The notes: generated by a model from the letters alone, not told the origin. A stretch of 41,413 nucleotides of DNA from a virus (IMGVR_UViG_3300048598_000565:1-41413); one strand, 5' to 3'; shown: positions 8,010 through 17,017, counted from the stretch's first letter. A program made the numbers and translations.

Positions 8010-8090
8010 ACTATGCATTATGCATAAACACCTGTCAATGCGTTTTGCATAGTTATTTTTGAGGGGTGCCGAATTCTATGCAAATAGCAT
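8010..8090 (-). promoter_or_regulatory. PL promoter with three OL operators
   Basis: Minus-strand TTGACA (8038-8033)-17 bp-CATAGT (8015-8010); ATGC-N5-GCAT palindromes at 8013-8025, 8038-8050, 8078-8090. Confidence 0.85.
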
Positions 8091-8218
8091 AGTTAGCCTT
8101 ATCTTATGGTGTCCCGCGTGCCAGACGGGCGAGGGTGGCCTAAGACCTTCGGCTACCTTTACCGATAGTAGTGCTGGCGCTTAGCTCAACTGCCCAATGC
8201 AGGGCAGGGAGGCCAATC

Positions 8219-8464
8219 ATGCTGAAAGTGATTTTAACGGCGGCCGGCGTGGTCATGCTGGCGACCGCTGCGCAGGCTCAATATTACGGAACCGGCTCGA
8301 ACTCCAACAGCCATTATCGGTCAGGCTATACGACGCAGAGCGGCACCTACGTGGCGCCGTCCTATGCGACCAATCCGAATCGCACTCAGACCGACAACTA
8401 CGGCACGCGCGGCAACTACAATCCGCACAATGGCACATTTGGGTCGCGAGGCGCGCGGTACTGA
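8219..8464 (+). CDS. Small secreted protein (moron)
   Basis: Signal peptide ending AQA; SGYTTQSGTYVAPSYATNPN..QTDNYGTRGNYNP motif; GGGAGG RBS. Confidence 0.75.
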   Translation: MLKVILTAAGVVMLATAAQAQYYGTGSNSNSHYRSGYTTQSGTYVAPSYATNPNRTQTDNYGTRGNYNPHNGTFGSRGARY

Positions 8465-8517
8465 ACTAGGCCCGACCGAGACTCCAAAAACGCGCGCGCA
8501 AATTTGGATAAATCAAT

Positions 8518-8540
8518 AAACCCCGCTCCGGCGGGGTTTT
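8518..8540. terminator. Bidirectional intrinsic terminator
   Basis: AAACCCCGC-TCCG-GCGGGGTTTT between convergent genes. Confidence 0.85.
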
Positions 8541-8566
8541 CTATTTGGTGGCGCCGGTGTGGATCA

Positions 8567-8851
8567 TTAATTCGCAGCCGTACATAAATAGCGGCTTGCC
8601 GGGTATTTCTTCATATATAGGCTTGCTACTTCCTCGCAGAATTCTCGATCATCCGCAAATCCGAATATAAGAGAAACCTTTTCAAGATCACCGAGCAAAT
8701 TGTGCTTCACCAGCCAATAATCGCGCGACGATCCCATTTGATTGTATTTGATGAACGTCGCTAACCGGAAGGTCTGACTGTCCAGGCTGTTACTACAACC
8801 AACAAGTAGTAAGATTACTATGGCAATAGCCGTTCCTTTGCTTTTCACCAT
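8567..8851 (-). CDS. Putative lipoprotein downstream of the repressor (superinfection-exclusion candidate)
   Basis: MVKSKGTAIAIVILLLVGC lipobox; AT-richer than flanks; same strand as and directly downstream of cI. Confidence 0.7.
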   Translation of the reverse strand: MVKSKGTAIAIVILLLVGCSNSLDSQTFRLATFIKYNQMGSSRDYWLVKHNLLGDLEKVSLIFGFADDREFCEEVASLYMKKYPASRYLCTAAN

Positions 8852-8940
8852 TTTGCTCCATATCCGGAGGTGTTCATGGTCGCAGCCGGCATGGCGCCTC
8901 ATTTTTTACTAGCAAAGCCGCTGCTAAAATCGTCAGCCCA

Positions 8941-9681
8941 TCATTTTGTGATCGCTATTTTCTTTGCGATGCGACGCTGCACGGCCCTCCCGAGTTGCTT
9001 CCATTCTCCAGCCCTGACGACAAGCTGCACTTTGGCAACCCACTCCAGCTTTACATTGCGAATAACTGGAGCATTGTAGCTTTCGAGATCGTAGTGCCTT
9101 GCGCGGCTGCCTTGAAGAATGCGCTTCAAGTATCGCTTGCCGTCGTGGGTCCTAACAGCTGCCTCCCAGCCAATGATCTCGGCTGGATTGGTTCCTTCTC
9201 GCCAGCACAAAACAACATCACCAGCGTCATAGCGTGGCCACATGCTATCGCCCTCAATTTCGAAGGCGAGGGCGGATTCTGGTACCGGAAACGGTATTTC
9301 GATTTCGAATAGTCCCTCTGGAGGGACCTGCTCGGCATCAGGAAAAATCTCGGCGCCGGCGCCGATTCGACCGGCTACCTTTACCTTATGCGTTTCCTCA
9401 ACGTCATGATGCCTCTCAAAACTGGCAGCAACGTCCTCTGACCGCAAATCGGATAGAACTGGCCGCCGTTCCATGGCGCCACGTCCGGTCAAAAGCCATT
9501 CAAGCGAAACACCAAAGCGCCGCGCATACTGTTCAGCCCGACCCTTGAAGCCACGCGAACCATTCTCGTGGCCCATATAGGTGGGCTCCTTAACGTCAAG
9601 CGCCTCCGCGGCTGCGGCGGCGGTTTCAAAACCGGCGTGTTTCCTAGCCTTTATGAGGCGATCTGATTCCGGGGTTCCCAT
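8941..9681 (-). CDS. cI: CI-like repressor (XRE HTH plus S24 autopeptidase)
   Basis: HTH RLIKARKHAGF...PTYMGHENGSRG; IGAG cleavage site; GDSMWP (Ser) and YLKR (Lys). Confidence 0.92.
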   Translation of the reverse strand: MGTPESDRLIKARKHAGFETAAAAAEALDVKEPTYMGHENGSRGFKGRAEQYARRFGVSLEWLLTGRGAMERRPVLSDLRSEDVAASFERHHDVEETHKVKVAGRIGAGAEIFPDAEQVPPEGLFEIEIPFPVPESALAFEIEGDSMWPRYDAGDVVLCWREGTNPAEIIGWEAAVRTHDGKRYLKRILQGSRARHYDLESYNAPVIRNVKLEWVAKVQLVVRAGEWKQLGRAVQRRIAKKIAITK

Positions 9682-9683
9682 AA

Positions 9684-9746
9684 ATGCATAATGCATAATC
9701 AGGTTATGCAAAAGGCATTGACGGCATGCTATGCATTATGCATAGT
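9684..9746 (+). promoter_or_regulatory. PR promoter with three OR operators
   Basis: TTGACG (9718-9723)-17 bp-CATAGT (9741-9746); ATGC-N5-GCAT at 9684-9696, 9706-9718, 9731-9743. Confidence 0.85.
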
Positions 9747-9752
9747 GGAGGC

Positions 9753-9950
9753 ATGGTTACGTCAGATGATATTCGACGCGCGCGCCAATTGAGGAAAGAA
9801 AGCCAGTTGGCTTTCGCCGCGCATTTCGGCGTGGATCAAAGCACCATTCATCGCTGGGAGACCATTGGCGTTCCCGACGGAATTGTAGCGGTCGGCATCG
9901 AGAAAGTACTGAGCGAGTTGGTTCGAGTCACCCCCGAGGCCGCGTCATGA
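9753..9950 (+). CDS. cro: Cro-like HTH protein
   Basis: IRRARQLRKESQLAFAAHFGVDQSTIHRWE HTH, divergent from cI. Confidence 0.85.
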   Translation: MVTSDDIRRARQLRKESQLAFAAHFGVDQSTIHRWETIGVPDGIVAVGIEKVLSELVRVTPEAAS

Positions 9951-10537
9951 CGGCGGGGGTGGCAACAGTTCAGGTCCGGCCGATCAACGCCCATGCCTTC
10001 GAGCGTGAGGCGAACGAACATTACGTTGAGCCGGCCTGGTGCAGCGCACGCCTGTTCGGGGAAGAACAGTTCGAGGGGAAAATTTGGGACCCGTGCTGCG
10101 GGTTCGGCACCATCGTCAAGGAAGCGCTGAAATTTGGCCATGTCGCCTATGGCTCCGATCTGGTGAACCGCGGCTGGGACAGCACACGAACTCCACTCGA
10201 CTTCCTGACCGTGCACGGCGAGAACCACGACAACATCGTATGCAATCCGCCATTCAATATCGCGGGACGGTTCGCGGCTCATGCGTTGAGCATAGCAACG
10301 CGAAAGGTCGCACTGATCTTCCCAACCGCGCGCCTTAACGCTGCGCACTGGCTGCGCGACAAGCCGCTCAAGACAATCTGGCTCTTGACGCCGCGCCCCT
10401 CGATGCCGCCCGGTCACGTCATCACATCCGGCGGCAAGGTCGGCGGCGGCAAGATGGATTTCTGCTGGTTGGTATTCGATCACGAGCATTCCGGCGCGCC
10501 TGAGATGAAGTGGCTTCGACGCGGAGGTCAGACATGA
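9947..10537 (+). CDS. Putative DNA adenine methyltransferase
   Basis: IWDPCCGFG SAM-binding and CNPPF catalytic motifs. Confidence 0.8.
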   Translation: MTAGVATVQVRPINAHAFEREANEHYVEPAWCSARLFGEEQFEGKIWDPCCGFGTIVKEALKFGHVAYGSDLVNRGWDSTRTPLDFLTVHGENHDNIVCNPPFNIAGRFAAHALSIATRKVALIFPTARLNAAHWLRDKPLKTIWLLTPRPSMPPGHVITSGGKVGGGKMDFCWLVFDHEHSGAPEMKWLRRGGQT

Positions 10538-10788
10538 CCGCGCTCGACCAACAGCGGGGGCATCTGTCGGCCGAGCGCGGCTCCATGCGCGGGGCAGGGC
10601 GCATGTATCCCGTCATCATGATCCGCGGCGTCTATCGCTCCGGCGTATCGCGCGGCTGCAATTGGTGTTGTCTCCCGAAAGCTCCCGAAACGTCGTCACG
10701 ATATCGTCTCCGTCGAGCTGTTCGCGCAGCCCGGCAAGCAATCGTGCTGTCACTCGCTGATTGGCGTCAGCGAGAAGTTCGAAACTGA
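10534..10788 (+). CDS. Hypothetical basic protein
   Basis: ATGA coupling with GGAGG RBS; no recognisable motif. Confidence 0.4.
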   Translation: MTALDQQRGHLSAERGSMRGAGRMYPVIMIRGVYRSGVSRGCNWCCLPKAPETSSRYRLRRAVRAARQAIVLSLADWRQREVRN

Positions 10789-10841
10789 GTTCGTCGTCGT
10801 CTCTCTCCATGGTCGCTACTGAACACCATGGAGAGTCCGAA

Positions 10842-11216
10842 ATGCCGGAAAAGAAGGCCGGAATGAGTACAGCGGTTGATTGGAGAAGCGAGATTGAAGT
10901 GATTGCCGGCCCGTTTGCCGGGAATCGGAAGGGTTGGCTGTCGCGCGCTGCTCGAAAGGCCGGCGCGTCATACCGGCAGTTCAAATCTCTCTACTACGGA
11001 GAGACGAGCAACCCTCGCCACGATCTTGCTTGCCGCGTTCTGACTGCTGCCCAGCAAGCGAGAATCGATGAGGCAAGGCGCGATGCGCTCACAGTTGCGG
11101 AAATTTATCGTCGGCATGCTGAGGCGCTTACCGCAAGCGACCCGGATTTCCATCGGCCATCGATTGATGCGCTCGTCGAGGCTGCGCGCATTATTAGCGG
11201 TCGAGATAGCGCCTGA
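10842..11216 (+). CDS. Putative CII-like regulatory protein
   Basis: Position after cro; WLSRAARKAGASYRQFKSLYYGE HTH-like segment; GGAG RBS. Confidence 0.55.
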   Translation: MPEKKAGMSTAVDWRSEIEVIAGPFAGNRKGWLSRAARKAGASYRQFKSLYYGETSNPRHDLACRVLTAAQQARIDEARRDALTVAEIYRRHAEALTASDPDFHRPSIDALVEAARIISGRDSA

Positions 11217-11237
11217 GATCGTGGGAGGAGGAGCGCA

Positions 11238-11696
11238 ATGAACAGCTATCTCGCCACGCTCCATCAAGCGCACCTTGAGCGTGTCGCCCGGCTCAACCGA
11301 ATGCCGCCAACGAGGCGCGTGGAGAAAATAGCGCCTGCTCCGCGTTCAACGCCGGAGCCGGAGGCCAAAGAATACAAGCCGTGGTTTCGAATCATCGGAG
11401 CGGGAGCCCCGACGATAAAGGATATCCAAGTGGTCACGGCTGAGTTCTTCGGCATCGCGGAAAGCGAGATGCGCTCGCAGAGGCGGGACATGCCTATCGC
11501 GCGCATCAGGCAAGTCGCGATGTATCTCGCCAAGACGATGACGGCGAAGTCGATGCCCGAGATCGGGCGCCGTTTCGGCGGTCGCGACCACACGACGGCC
11601 CTACACGCTGTGCGCCGGATCGCGTCATTGTTGGAGACGGACCGTGAGCTGGCCGACGAAGTGGCCGAGATCAAATTCCGATTGGAGTGCCTGTAA
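11238..11696 (+). CDS. Protein with DnaA C-terminal DNA-binding domain (domain IV)
   Basis: RQVAMYLAKTMTAKSMPEIGRRFGGRDHTTALHAVRRI signature; no AAA+ domain. Confidence 0.88.
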   Translation: MNSYLATLHQAHLERVARLNRMPPTRRVEKIAPAPRSTPEPEAKEYKPWFRIIGAGAPTIKDIQVVTAEFFGIAESEMRSQRRDMPIARIRQVAMYLAKTMTAKSMPEIGRRFGGRDHTTALHAVRRIASLLETDRELADEVAEIKFRLECL

Positions 11697-11845
11697 TGCA
11701 GCTCCACGAGAAGATCGCGCGCGCCCGCAAGTCCTATAGAGCCACCAAGCCGCGATCCACGCGCCGATCCGAGATTCATCGCGATCTCGTCTGGCTGATG
11801 GTCAAGCAGTTGAAGCGCGAGAACCGCCGGGAGCGCCGCCGATGA
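11696..11845 (+). CDS. Small basic hypothetical protein (49 aa, MQLHEKIARARKSY...)
   Basis: Read from sequence; TAATG and ATGA overlaps with both neighbours. Confidence 0.6.
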   Translation: MQLHEKIARARKSYRATKPRSTRRSEIHRDLVWLMVKQLKRENRRERRR

Positions 11846-12243
11846 AGCGCCCGGAACAGCAGATGCAGCGGCAGGTCTTCGCGCATATCCGTGCCCGATC
11901 GTATCCGGGAGTATTTGCGTTCCACGTCGCCAACGGCGTGAACAGCTCGGCGCGGATCGGCGGCATCATGAAGTCCATGGGGCTCGTCGCAGGCGTTCCT
12001 GACATCTGCATCATTCATCGCGCCACGTCGCATTTCCTCGAATTGAAGGTGGGCCGCAACAAGCCGACCCAGCGGCAGAAGGACGTGATGGACATGCTGC
12101 AACTGGCTGGAGCCCGCGTCGCGGTCGCCTATTCGTTGGATGAAGCTCTCTACACCTTGGAGTGCTGGGGAATCCTCAAGCGCGACCATGCGGCGCGCAA
12201 CACCATTCTTGAAGATCGACAGGAGACGCAGCAATGCGCATGA
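11842..12243 (+). CDS. VRR-NUC domain nuclease
   Basis: FHVANG...GLVAGVPDI...FLELKVGRNKPTQRQK PD-(D/E)XK pattern. Confidence 0.85.
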   Translation: MKRPEQQMQRQVFAHIRARSYPGVFAFHVANGVNSSARIGGIMKSMGLVAGVPDICIIHRATSHFLELKVGRNKPTQRQKDVMDMLQLAGARVAVAYSLDEALYTLECWGILKRDHAARNTILEDRQETQQCA

Positions 12244-12473
12244 ACTTGGAAGATTGGGATAGCAAGGTTCGTCCGCATTTGAATTACATCCGGGCCGGTG
12301 CCGAAATGGCCGCGCGTCATGCGCGCGCATTGCCGCTGCGGCCAGATTTCCAGTCGATGGCTGAAATCGGCCTCGCGGAAACCAAGGCGGTTCTTGTCGC
12401 GGCGCTGGCCGAGATAGAGGCAGCAGAACGAGCGTATGCCGCAACTCCGATGGAGACGGCCCGTGCAGCTTGA
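12234..12473 (+). CDS. Hypothetical protein
   Basis: 79-aa ORF in packed operon, AGGAG RBS. Confidence 0.6.
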   Translation: MRMNLEDWDSKVRPHLNYIRAGAEMAARHARALPLRPDFQSMAEIGLAETKAVLVAALAEIEAAERAYAATPMETARAA

Positions 12474-12960
12474 CCCGCTCCAAGTTCAGCAGCAGATCTC
12501 CAACCTTCTTCTGCAGTATCCCGAATTGCAGGAAGACGCTGTTCTGCGCGCTGACATGATCGAGGCCGAGACGGATGCCAACGAGCTTCTGACGGAGATC
12601 GTGCGGCGAATTGAGGATGCCAAGGCGCTGCGCGACGGTACCAAAGACCGGCTCGACGATCTGAAAATCCGCAAAGATCGGTTCAGCCGTCGTATCGATG
12701 CGCTTCGCGAACTGGCTTTTAAGATCATGGACGCCGCCAATCTACGCGCGGTCGAGCTTCCGGAAGCAACGCTGAGCATCCGTAAAGGCCAACTACAGAT
12801 CGTTGGTGAGCCAGACTTAGCGCGTCTGCCGTACAATCTCATCAAGATCATTCGCGAGCCGGACAAGGACGCGATCAAGGAAGCGCTTCAAAGCGGGAAG
12901 CCTGTCCCAGGCTGCGAGCTTGGCAACGGACAGCCATCGATTTCAATCAGGATCAAATAG
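12463..12960 (+). CDS. Gp157-like coiled-coil protein
   Basis: VELPEATLSIRKG...EPDKDAIKEALQSGKPVPGCEL pattern. Confidence 0.8.
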   Translation: MQLDPLQVQQQISNLLLQYPELQEDAVLRADMIEAETDANELLTEIVRRIEDAKALRDGTKDRLDDLKIRKDRFSRRIDALRELAFKIMDAANLRAVELPEATLSIRKGQLQIVGEPDLARLPYNLIKIIREPDKDAIKEALQSGKPVPGCELGNGQPSISIRIK

Positions 12961-12971
12961 GGAGATCATCC

Positions 12972-13589
12972 ATGTACTTGCCTGCACCGACAGAATCCAG
13001 CTTCACGCCGGTCCCCGCTGGTACTCATCTCGGCATCTGCTTTCGCGTCATCGATCTCGGCACGCAGCAGACGACATTCAATGGCGATACCAAGACCGCC
13101 CACAAGGTGCTCATCAGTTGGGAAATCCCCGATGAGGTCATGAACGACGGCCGCCCGTTCATGATTTCGCAGAGCTACACCTGGTCGATGCACGAGAAAG
13201 CGACGCTCCGGAAGTCGCTGGAGGCCTGGCGTGGTGTTGCCTTTATCGATCGCGATTTCGGGCCCGGCGGTTTCGATATCAAGAACATCATCGGCAAGGC
13301 CTGCACGCTGAGCGTTGTGCACACTGCAAAGAACGGATCGGTCTATGCCAACGTGGCGTCGATCGGGAAGGTAATGAAGGGAATTTCGATTCCCGAGTTG
13401 ACCAATCCGACCGCCTATCTCTGGCTTCATCCCGACCGCTGGGATGCCTCTGTCTTCGCCGGTCTGTCTGCGAACTTGCAGGCCAAAATCATGGCGAGTC
13501 CTGAGTACATCGAAATGATGAACCAGCGGGATGGCTCCACGTCGGCTGCGAAAGAAAGCCATGACGACATGGAGGATATTCCGTTCTGA
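12972..13589 (+). CDS. Putative ssDNA-binding/replication protein (NGO0469-like)
   Basis: PAGTHLGICFRVIDLGTQ...SMHEKATLRKSLEAWRG; acidic DDMEDIPF C-terminal tail. Confidence 0.75.
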   Translation: MYLPAPTESSFTPVPAGTHLGICFRVIDLGTQQTTFNGDTKTAHKVLISWEIPDEVMNDGRPFMISQSYTWSMHEKATLRKSLEAWRGVAFIDRDFGPGGFDIKNIIGKACTLSVVHTAKNGSVYANVASIGKVMKGISIPELTNPTAYLWLHPDRWDASVFAGLSANLQAKIMASPEYIEMMNQRDGSTSAAKESHDDMEDIPF

Positions 13590-14026
13590 TGGCCAGAATT
13601 CTTGCGCAGAAACACCTGAATTCGTTGCGCCCGGTGGATGACGCCGGACACGACGCGCTGCGTAAGGTTGGCAACGGCGAAATCGTGGAAATCGAGTTCA
13701 AGAAGAAGCGGAATGTCAAATTCCATCGCCTGTTTTGGGCTCTGATGTCCATCGTTCATGAGAACATGGATCATGACCGCTATCCGACCGTAGAAGACCT
13801 TGTTTCGGCGGTGAAGATCGCGTCCGGTCTCCGGACGCGTATCGAGCTCCCGAACGGCGAAGTCGGGTTTATTCCGGGCAGTATTGCATTCCACAAAATG
13901 GATGAGACGGAATTCAGCGCGTTCTACAGCCGGGTATGCGACCTGATCTGCAAGCACTTCCTGCCCGGTGTCAACAATGACTCCCTTCGGGAGGAAGTGG
14001 AAATCATGTGCGGGGTGAGGATATGA
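13589..14026 (+). CDS. DUF1367/NinB-like protein
   Basis: RNVKFHRLFWAL...PGSIAFHKMDETEFSAFY. Confidence 0.75.
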   Translation: MARILAQKHLNSLRPVDDAGHDALRKVGNGEIVEIEFKKKRNVKFHRLFWALMSIVHENMDHDRYPTVEDLVSAVKIASGLRTRIELPNGEVGFIPGSIAFHKMDETEFSAFYSRVCDLICKHFLPGVNNDSLREEVEIMCGVRI

Positions 14027-14358
14027 GACGCCGCGAATTCCCGAAGTCAGTCATGCGCGATGCTGCGGCGCGGGCCAACGGCCGATGCGAGAACCCGAGC
14101 TGTGGCGCACGGCTGTCGTTTGGAGACTTCCATTACGACCACGTCATTCCCGATGCGCTGGGAGGCGAGCCGACCTTGGATAACTGTCAGGTGCTTTGCC
14201 GAGCCTGCCACAAGGAAAAGACCGGCAAGACGGACATTCCCCGCATTGCCAAGACAAAACGCATCAGCGACCGCGAGAAGGGCATTCAGAGGCCGCGGGC
14301 CATCACCCGCTGGCGACGGTTCAACGGTTCAATTGTAGAAGCAGGGAGGCAGAGGTGA
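14023..14358 (+). CDS. HNH endonuclease
   Basis: CENPSC...YDHVIP..LGG...DNCQVLCRACHKEKT. Confidence 0.88.
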   Translation: MRRREFPKSVMRDAAARANGRCENPSCGARLSFGDFHYDHVIPDALGGEPTLDNCQVLCRACHKEKTGKTDIPRIAKTKRISDREKGIQRPRAITRWRRFNGSIVEAGRQR

Positions 14359-14609
14359 GTGAGATCGGAATCGGTCACAACGTCGCCAAAGAGCAGATCA
14401 AGTCCATCATCGAGCGCGTCGAGAAGCTTGAGGAGGACAAGAAAGCCATCAGCGACGACATCAAGGACGTCTATGCCGAGGCCAAGGGAAATGGCCTGGA
14501 CGTCAAGGCGCTGCGCACCATCGTTCGGATGCGCCGGCAGGATGCAGACGAGCGTGCCGAACAGGAGGCGATCCTGGAAACCTATCTGCACGCCATGGGG
14601 ATGGTATGA
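14355..14609 (+). CDS. GapR/DUF2312 family nucleoid-associated protein
   Basis: QIKSIIERVEKLEEDKKAISDDIKDVYAEAKGNGLDVKALRTIVRMR...EQEAILETYLHAMGM. Confidence 0.9.
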   Translation: MSEIGIGHNVAKEQIKSIIERVEKLEEDKKAISDDIKDVYAEAKGNGLDVKALRTIVRMRRQDADERAEQEAILETYLHAMGMV

Positions 14610-15733
14610 GCCGCTGGTTTCGCCTCTACGACGACACGATAAACGATCCGAAGATTCTTAAGCTGCCGGAAGTGCTCCGCTGGTATTGGATCGCACTGCT
14701 TTGCGTTGCGTCAAAGTGCGGCGGAAACCTACCGCCTCTTGATGACATCGCGATCCAACTTCGTGTTACGCAGGCCAAAGCCACAGAGGTCCTCGCATCA
14801 CTCGTAAAGGCCGGCCTGCTGGACAGGACTGAAACGGGATTTGTTCCTCACAACTGGCATGGCCGGCAGTATAAGTCGTCCGAAGACAAGCCGACCAAGG
14901 GTAAAGACAGTTATGTCTATTTCGTCGGCACTTCATGGGGATCGATGATAAAGATCGGCTTTTCAAAGAATCCGTGGGCGCGCCTAGTCAACATCCAAAC
15001 TTCTCACCATGAGAAAGTAGAAATTCTCGCTGCGTTTAGATGTAAATCTCACTCTGAAGTGGCACTCCACGACCTTTTAAAACCATACCGTAGGCAAGGC
15101 GAATGGTTCGATCTTCCGGCATCAGTGTCTGATGCAGCGAAGCGCTACGCTAATGATAGGAAAACCTACGAGGAGTTGGTAGTTGAGGTTACTACACTAC
15201 TACGTAGTGCTACAACAGAAACAGAAACAGAAACAGAAACAGAAACAGAAGCAGAAGCAGAAACAGATTCCGAAGCTATCGCTTCGGGTGCTGACGCACC
15301 GCGGAAGACCGCTGCAAGTCGGTTTGGCGAGTTCTGGGCGGCCTATCCACGCCGAGATGGTCCAAACCCGCGGAAGCCGGCAGAGCAACGCTTCGCATCG
15401 CTCGTCAAATCAGGCGTAGACCCTGGCATGATGATCGAGGCGGCGAAGAAACTGGCCGTGGATGAGGCGGCGCGTGGCAATGTCGGGACGCGGTTTATCC
15501 CGCAGGCCGTAACTTGGCTCAACCAGCAGCGCTGGGCCGATCATTCGGCCGTAGTTGAGCAGCAACAGCAGGCAGCGGCGGCTAGCCTCGCATCGAAAAT
15601 CCACGTCAAGGCCGACACACCGCAATGGCGGGCTTGGGCCGCATTTCTTGGCGAACCGCCGCCCCAGGACCGCAATTTTGGTTGGTACTTTGACAGCGAA
15701 TGGCCGCCTGACCACATGCGAGCGGCAGGCTAA
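14606..15733 (+). CDS. Phage replication initiator with inserted GIY-YIG/T5orf172-like domain
   Basis: MSRWFRLYDD..NDPK N-terminus; FWAAYPRR and FIPQAVTWLNQQRW C-terminal motifs; internal YVYFV...KIGFSKNPWARL...GEWF. Confidence 0.8.
   Translation: MSRWFRLYDDTINDPKILKLPEVLRWYWIALLCVASKCGGNLPPLDDIAIQLRVTQAKATEVLASLVKAGLLDRTETGFVPHNWHGRQYKSSEDKPTKGKDSYVYFVGTSWGSMIKIGFSKNPWARLVNIQTSHHEKVEILAAFRCKSHSEVALHDLLKPYRRQGEWFDLPASVSDAAKRYANDRKTYEELVVEVTTLLRSATTETETETETETEAEAETDSEAIASGADAPRKTAASRFGEFWAAYPRRDGPNPRKPAEQRFASLVKSGVDPGMMIEAAKKLAVDEAARGNVGTRFIPQAVTWLNQQRWADHSAVVEQQQQAAAASLASKIHVKADTPQWRAWAAFLGEPPPQDRNFGWYFDSEWPPDHMRAAG
15215..15262 (+). repeat. (ACAGAA)6(GCAGAA)2 coding microsatellite
   Basis: Encodes TETETETETETEAEAE linker. 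Confidence 0.9.
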
Positions 15734-15745
15734 CGGGGTAGGAAA

Positions 15746-16312
15746 ATGGGAATGGCGAAGCGAAAAACCTCAAAGCCGGTGACGGTCGAACATCGCAGCT
15801 TGCCGACGCGAGAGCGGATGGCAAGGGCAGATGGCAACTTTGAAATTGGCGGCGATGATCGGAGCGGCAAGGTAATCAGGATCATGGATGCGCCGCTGGA
15901 CCGCATGCGTAGCCGGCGCATGATTGGTCCGAAGGAATACGAGGCTCTGAACAAGTATCGGATCCACTGGTGGCACGCGGGCATGTCTGGACATCTTCGC
16001 AGCCCGGAGCTGGATCGAATATTTACTGATCCGCTCGCCGCTTCCGGCATGGCCTCAACAGAGCGCCAGGCTCATCACCGTTCTCAATTTCGGAAGGCAA
16101 GGGCACTATTCGCCACGCCCGACAACATCGCCAGCGAATCGACAGAGAACCACAAGATGCTGATCGTTCTGGACAATGTGCTGCTGAGTGAGCAGTCGTT
16201 GGAGATTGCCGGCTATGCGGTTGGCTGCAAGTCACGTTTCCGGGCGCGCGAGCGATCCAAGGACTTGCTTTGCAAGGCTGCGGACATCCTCGCGAATTAT
16301 TGGAAGCTTTGA
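15746..16312 (+). CDS. Putative late-gene regulator (Q-like position)
   Basis: Last early gene before the non-coding late leader; C-terminal SLEIAGYAVG HTH-like segment. Confidence 0.55.
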   Translation: MGMAKRKTSKPVTVEHRSLPTRERMARADGNFEIGGDDRSGKVIRIMDAPLDRMRSRRMIGPKEYEALNKYRIHWWHAGMSGHLRSPELDRIFTDPLAASGMASTERQAHHRSQFRKARALFATPDNIASESTENHKMLIVLDNVLLSEQSLEIAGYAVGCKSRFRARERSKDLLCKAADILANYWKL

Positions 16313-16726
16313 ACGTGGCAGTTGACATGGGGCCATGAAACTGCGAATCTTGGCACAATCGAAAGATTTGCGCCTCGCCGGGACAGCACCTAGCGAGGCG
16401 TTTCCATTTTCACCGTTAGCAGTCGTGCGCCGGAACACCCCGAAGCAATAGCAATATTGCAGGCGAGTCGTCGCAATCACGGGCCGGGAGGCTGCAACCA
16501 ATTCTCGCGGCGGCAAGGACGATATTCGTCCGCAACGCTCAATGCCATGTGGTGAAGTAGGCACCGGCCGGTACGATCCCGCCAATGAGCGAAATGCGGG
16601 CAACGTCAGAATCCGGCCCGCGAGGATGCCAATCAGCTCGTCTAGGTGACGGGTTTTTACGAAGTGTTTTGCCTAACGCCCGTCCCGGACCGCCGCGGCG
16701 GGCGTTTCGCGTTGTGGGGATGGAAA

Positions 16727-17017
16727 ATGAACCGCGCGATTCTTTTCTCGGTCCTTGCATTGCTATCTGGCTATAGCCCGACCTTTGCCGAAGATGCCGA
16801 TCCGTTCGCGCCAGGTGGAGATTATCCGATCGTTCTCCATTTCGCTGCTGCCCCCATGGCTGGAAGCGGTGAGGTTCATCCAGCAATCACGCTGAAGAAT
16901 GGCGCATTCTGCGATCTGATGAGTATCATTTGTTTAGGAATGGCCGAACGGGACTATGGGCCCGGCGTTTATGAGGCGCGCGACAAAGTAATTAAGCAGT
17001 TGATAGATGGTCGATGA
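16727..17017 (+). CDS. Small putative secreted protein
   Basis: MNRAILFSVLALLSGYSPTFA signal-peptide-like N-terminus. Confidence 0.5.
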   Translation: MNRAILFSVLALLSGYSPTFAEDADPFAPGGDYPIVLHFAAAPMAGSGEVHPAITLKNGAFCDLMSIICLGMAERDYGPGVYEARDKVIKQLIDGR

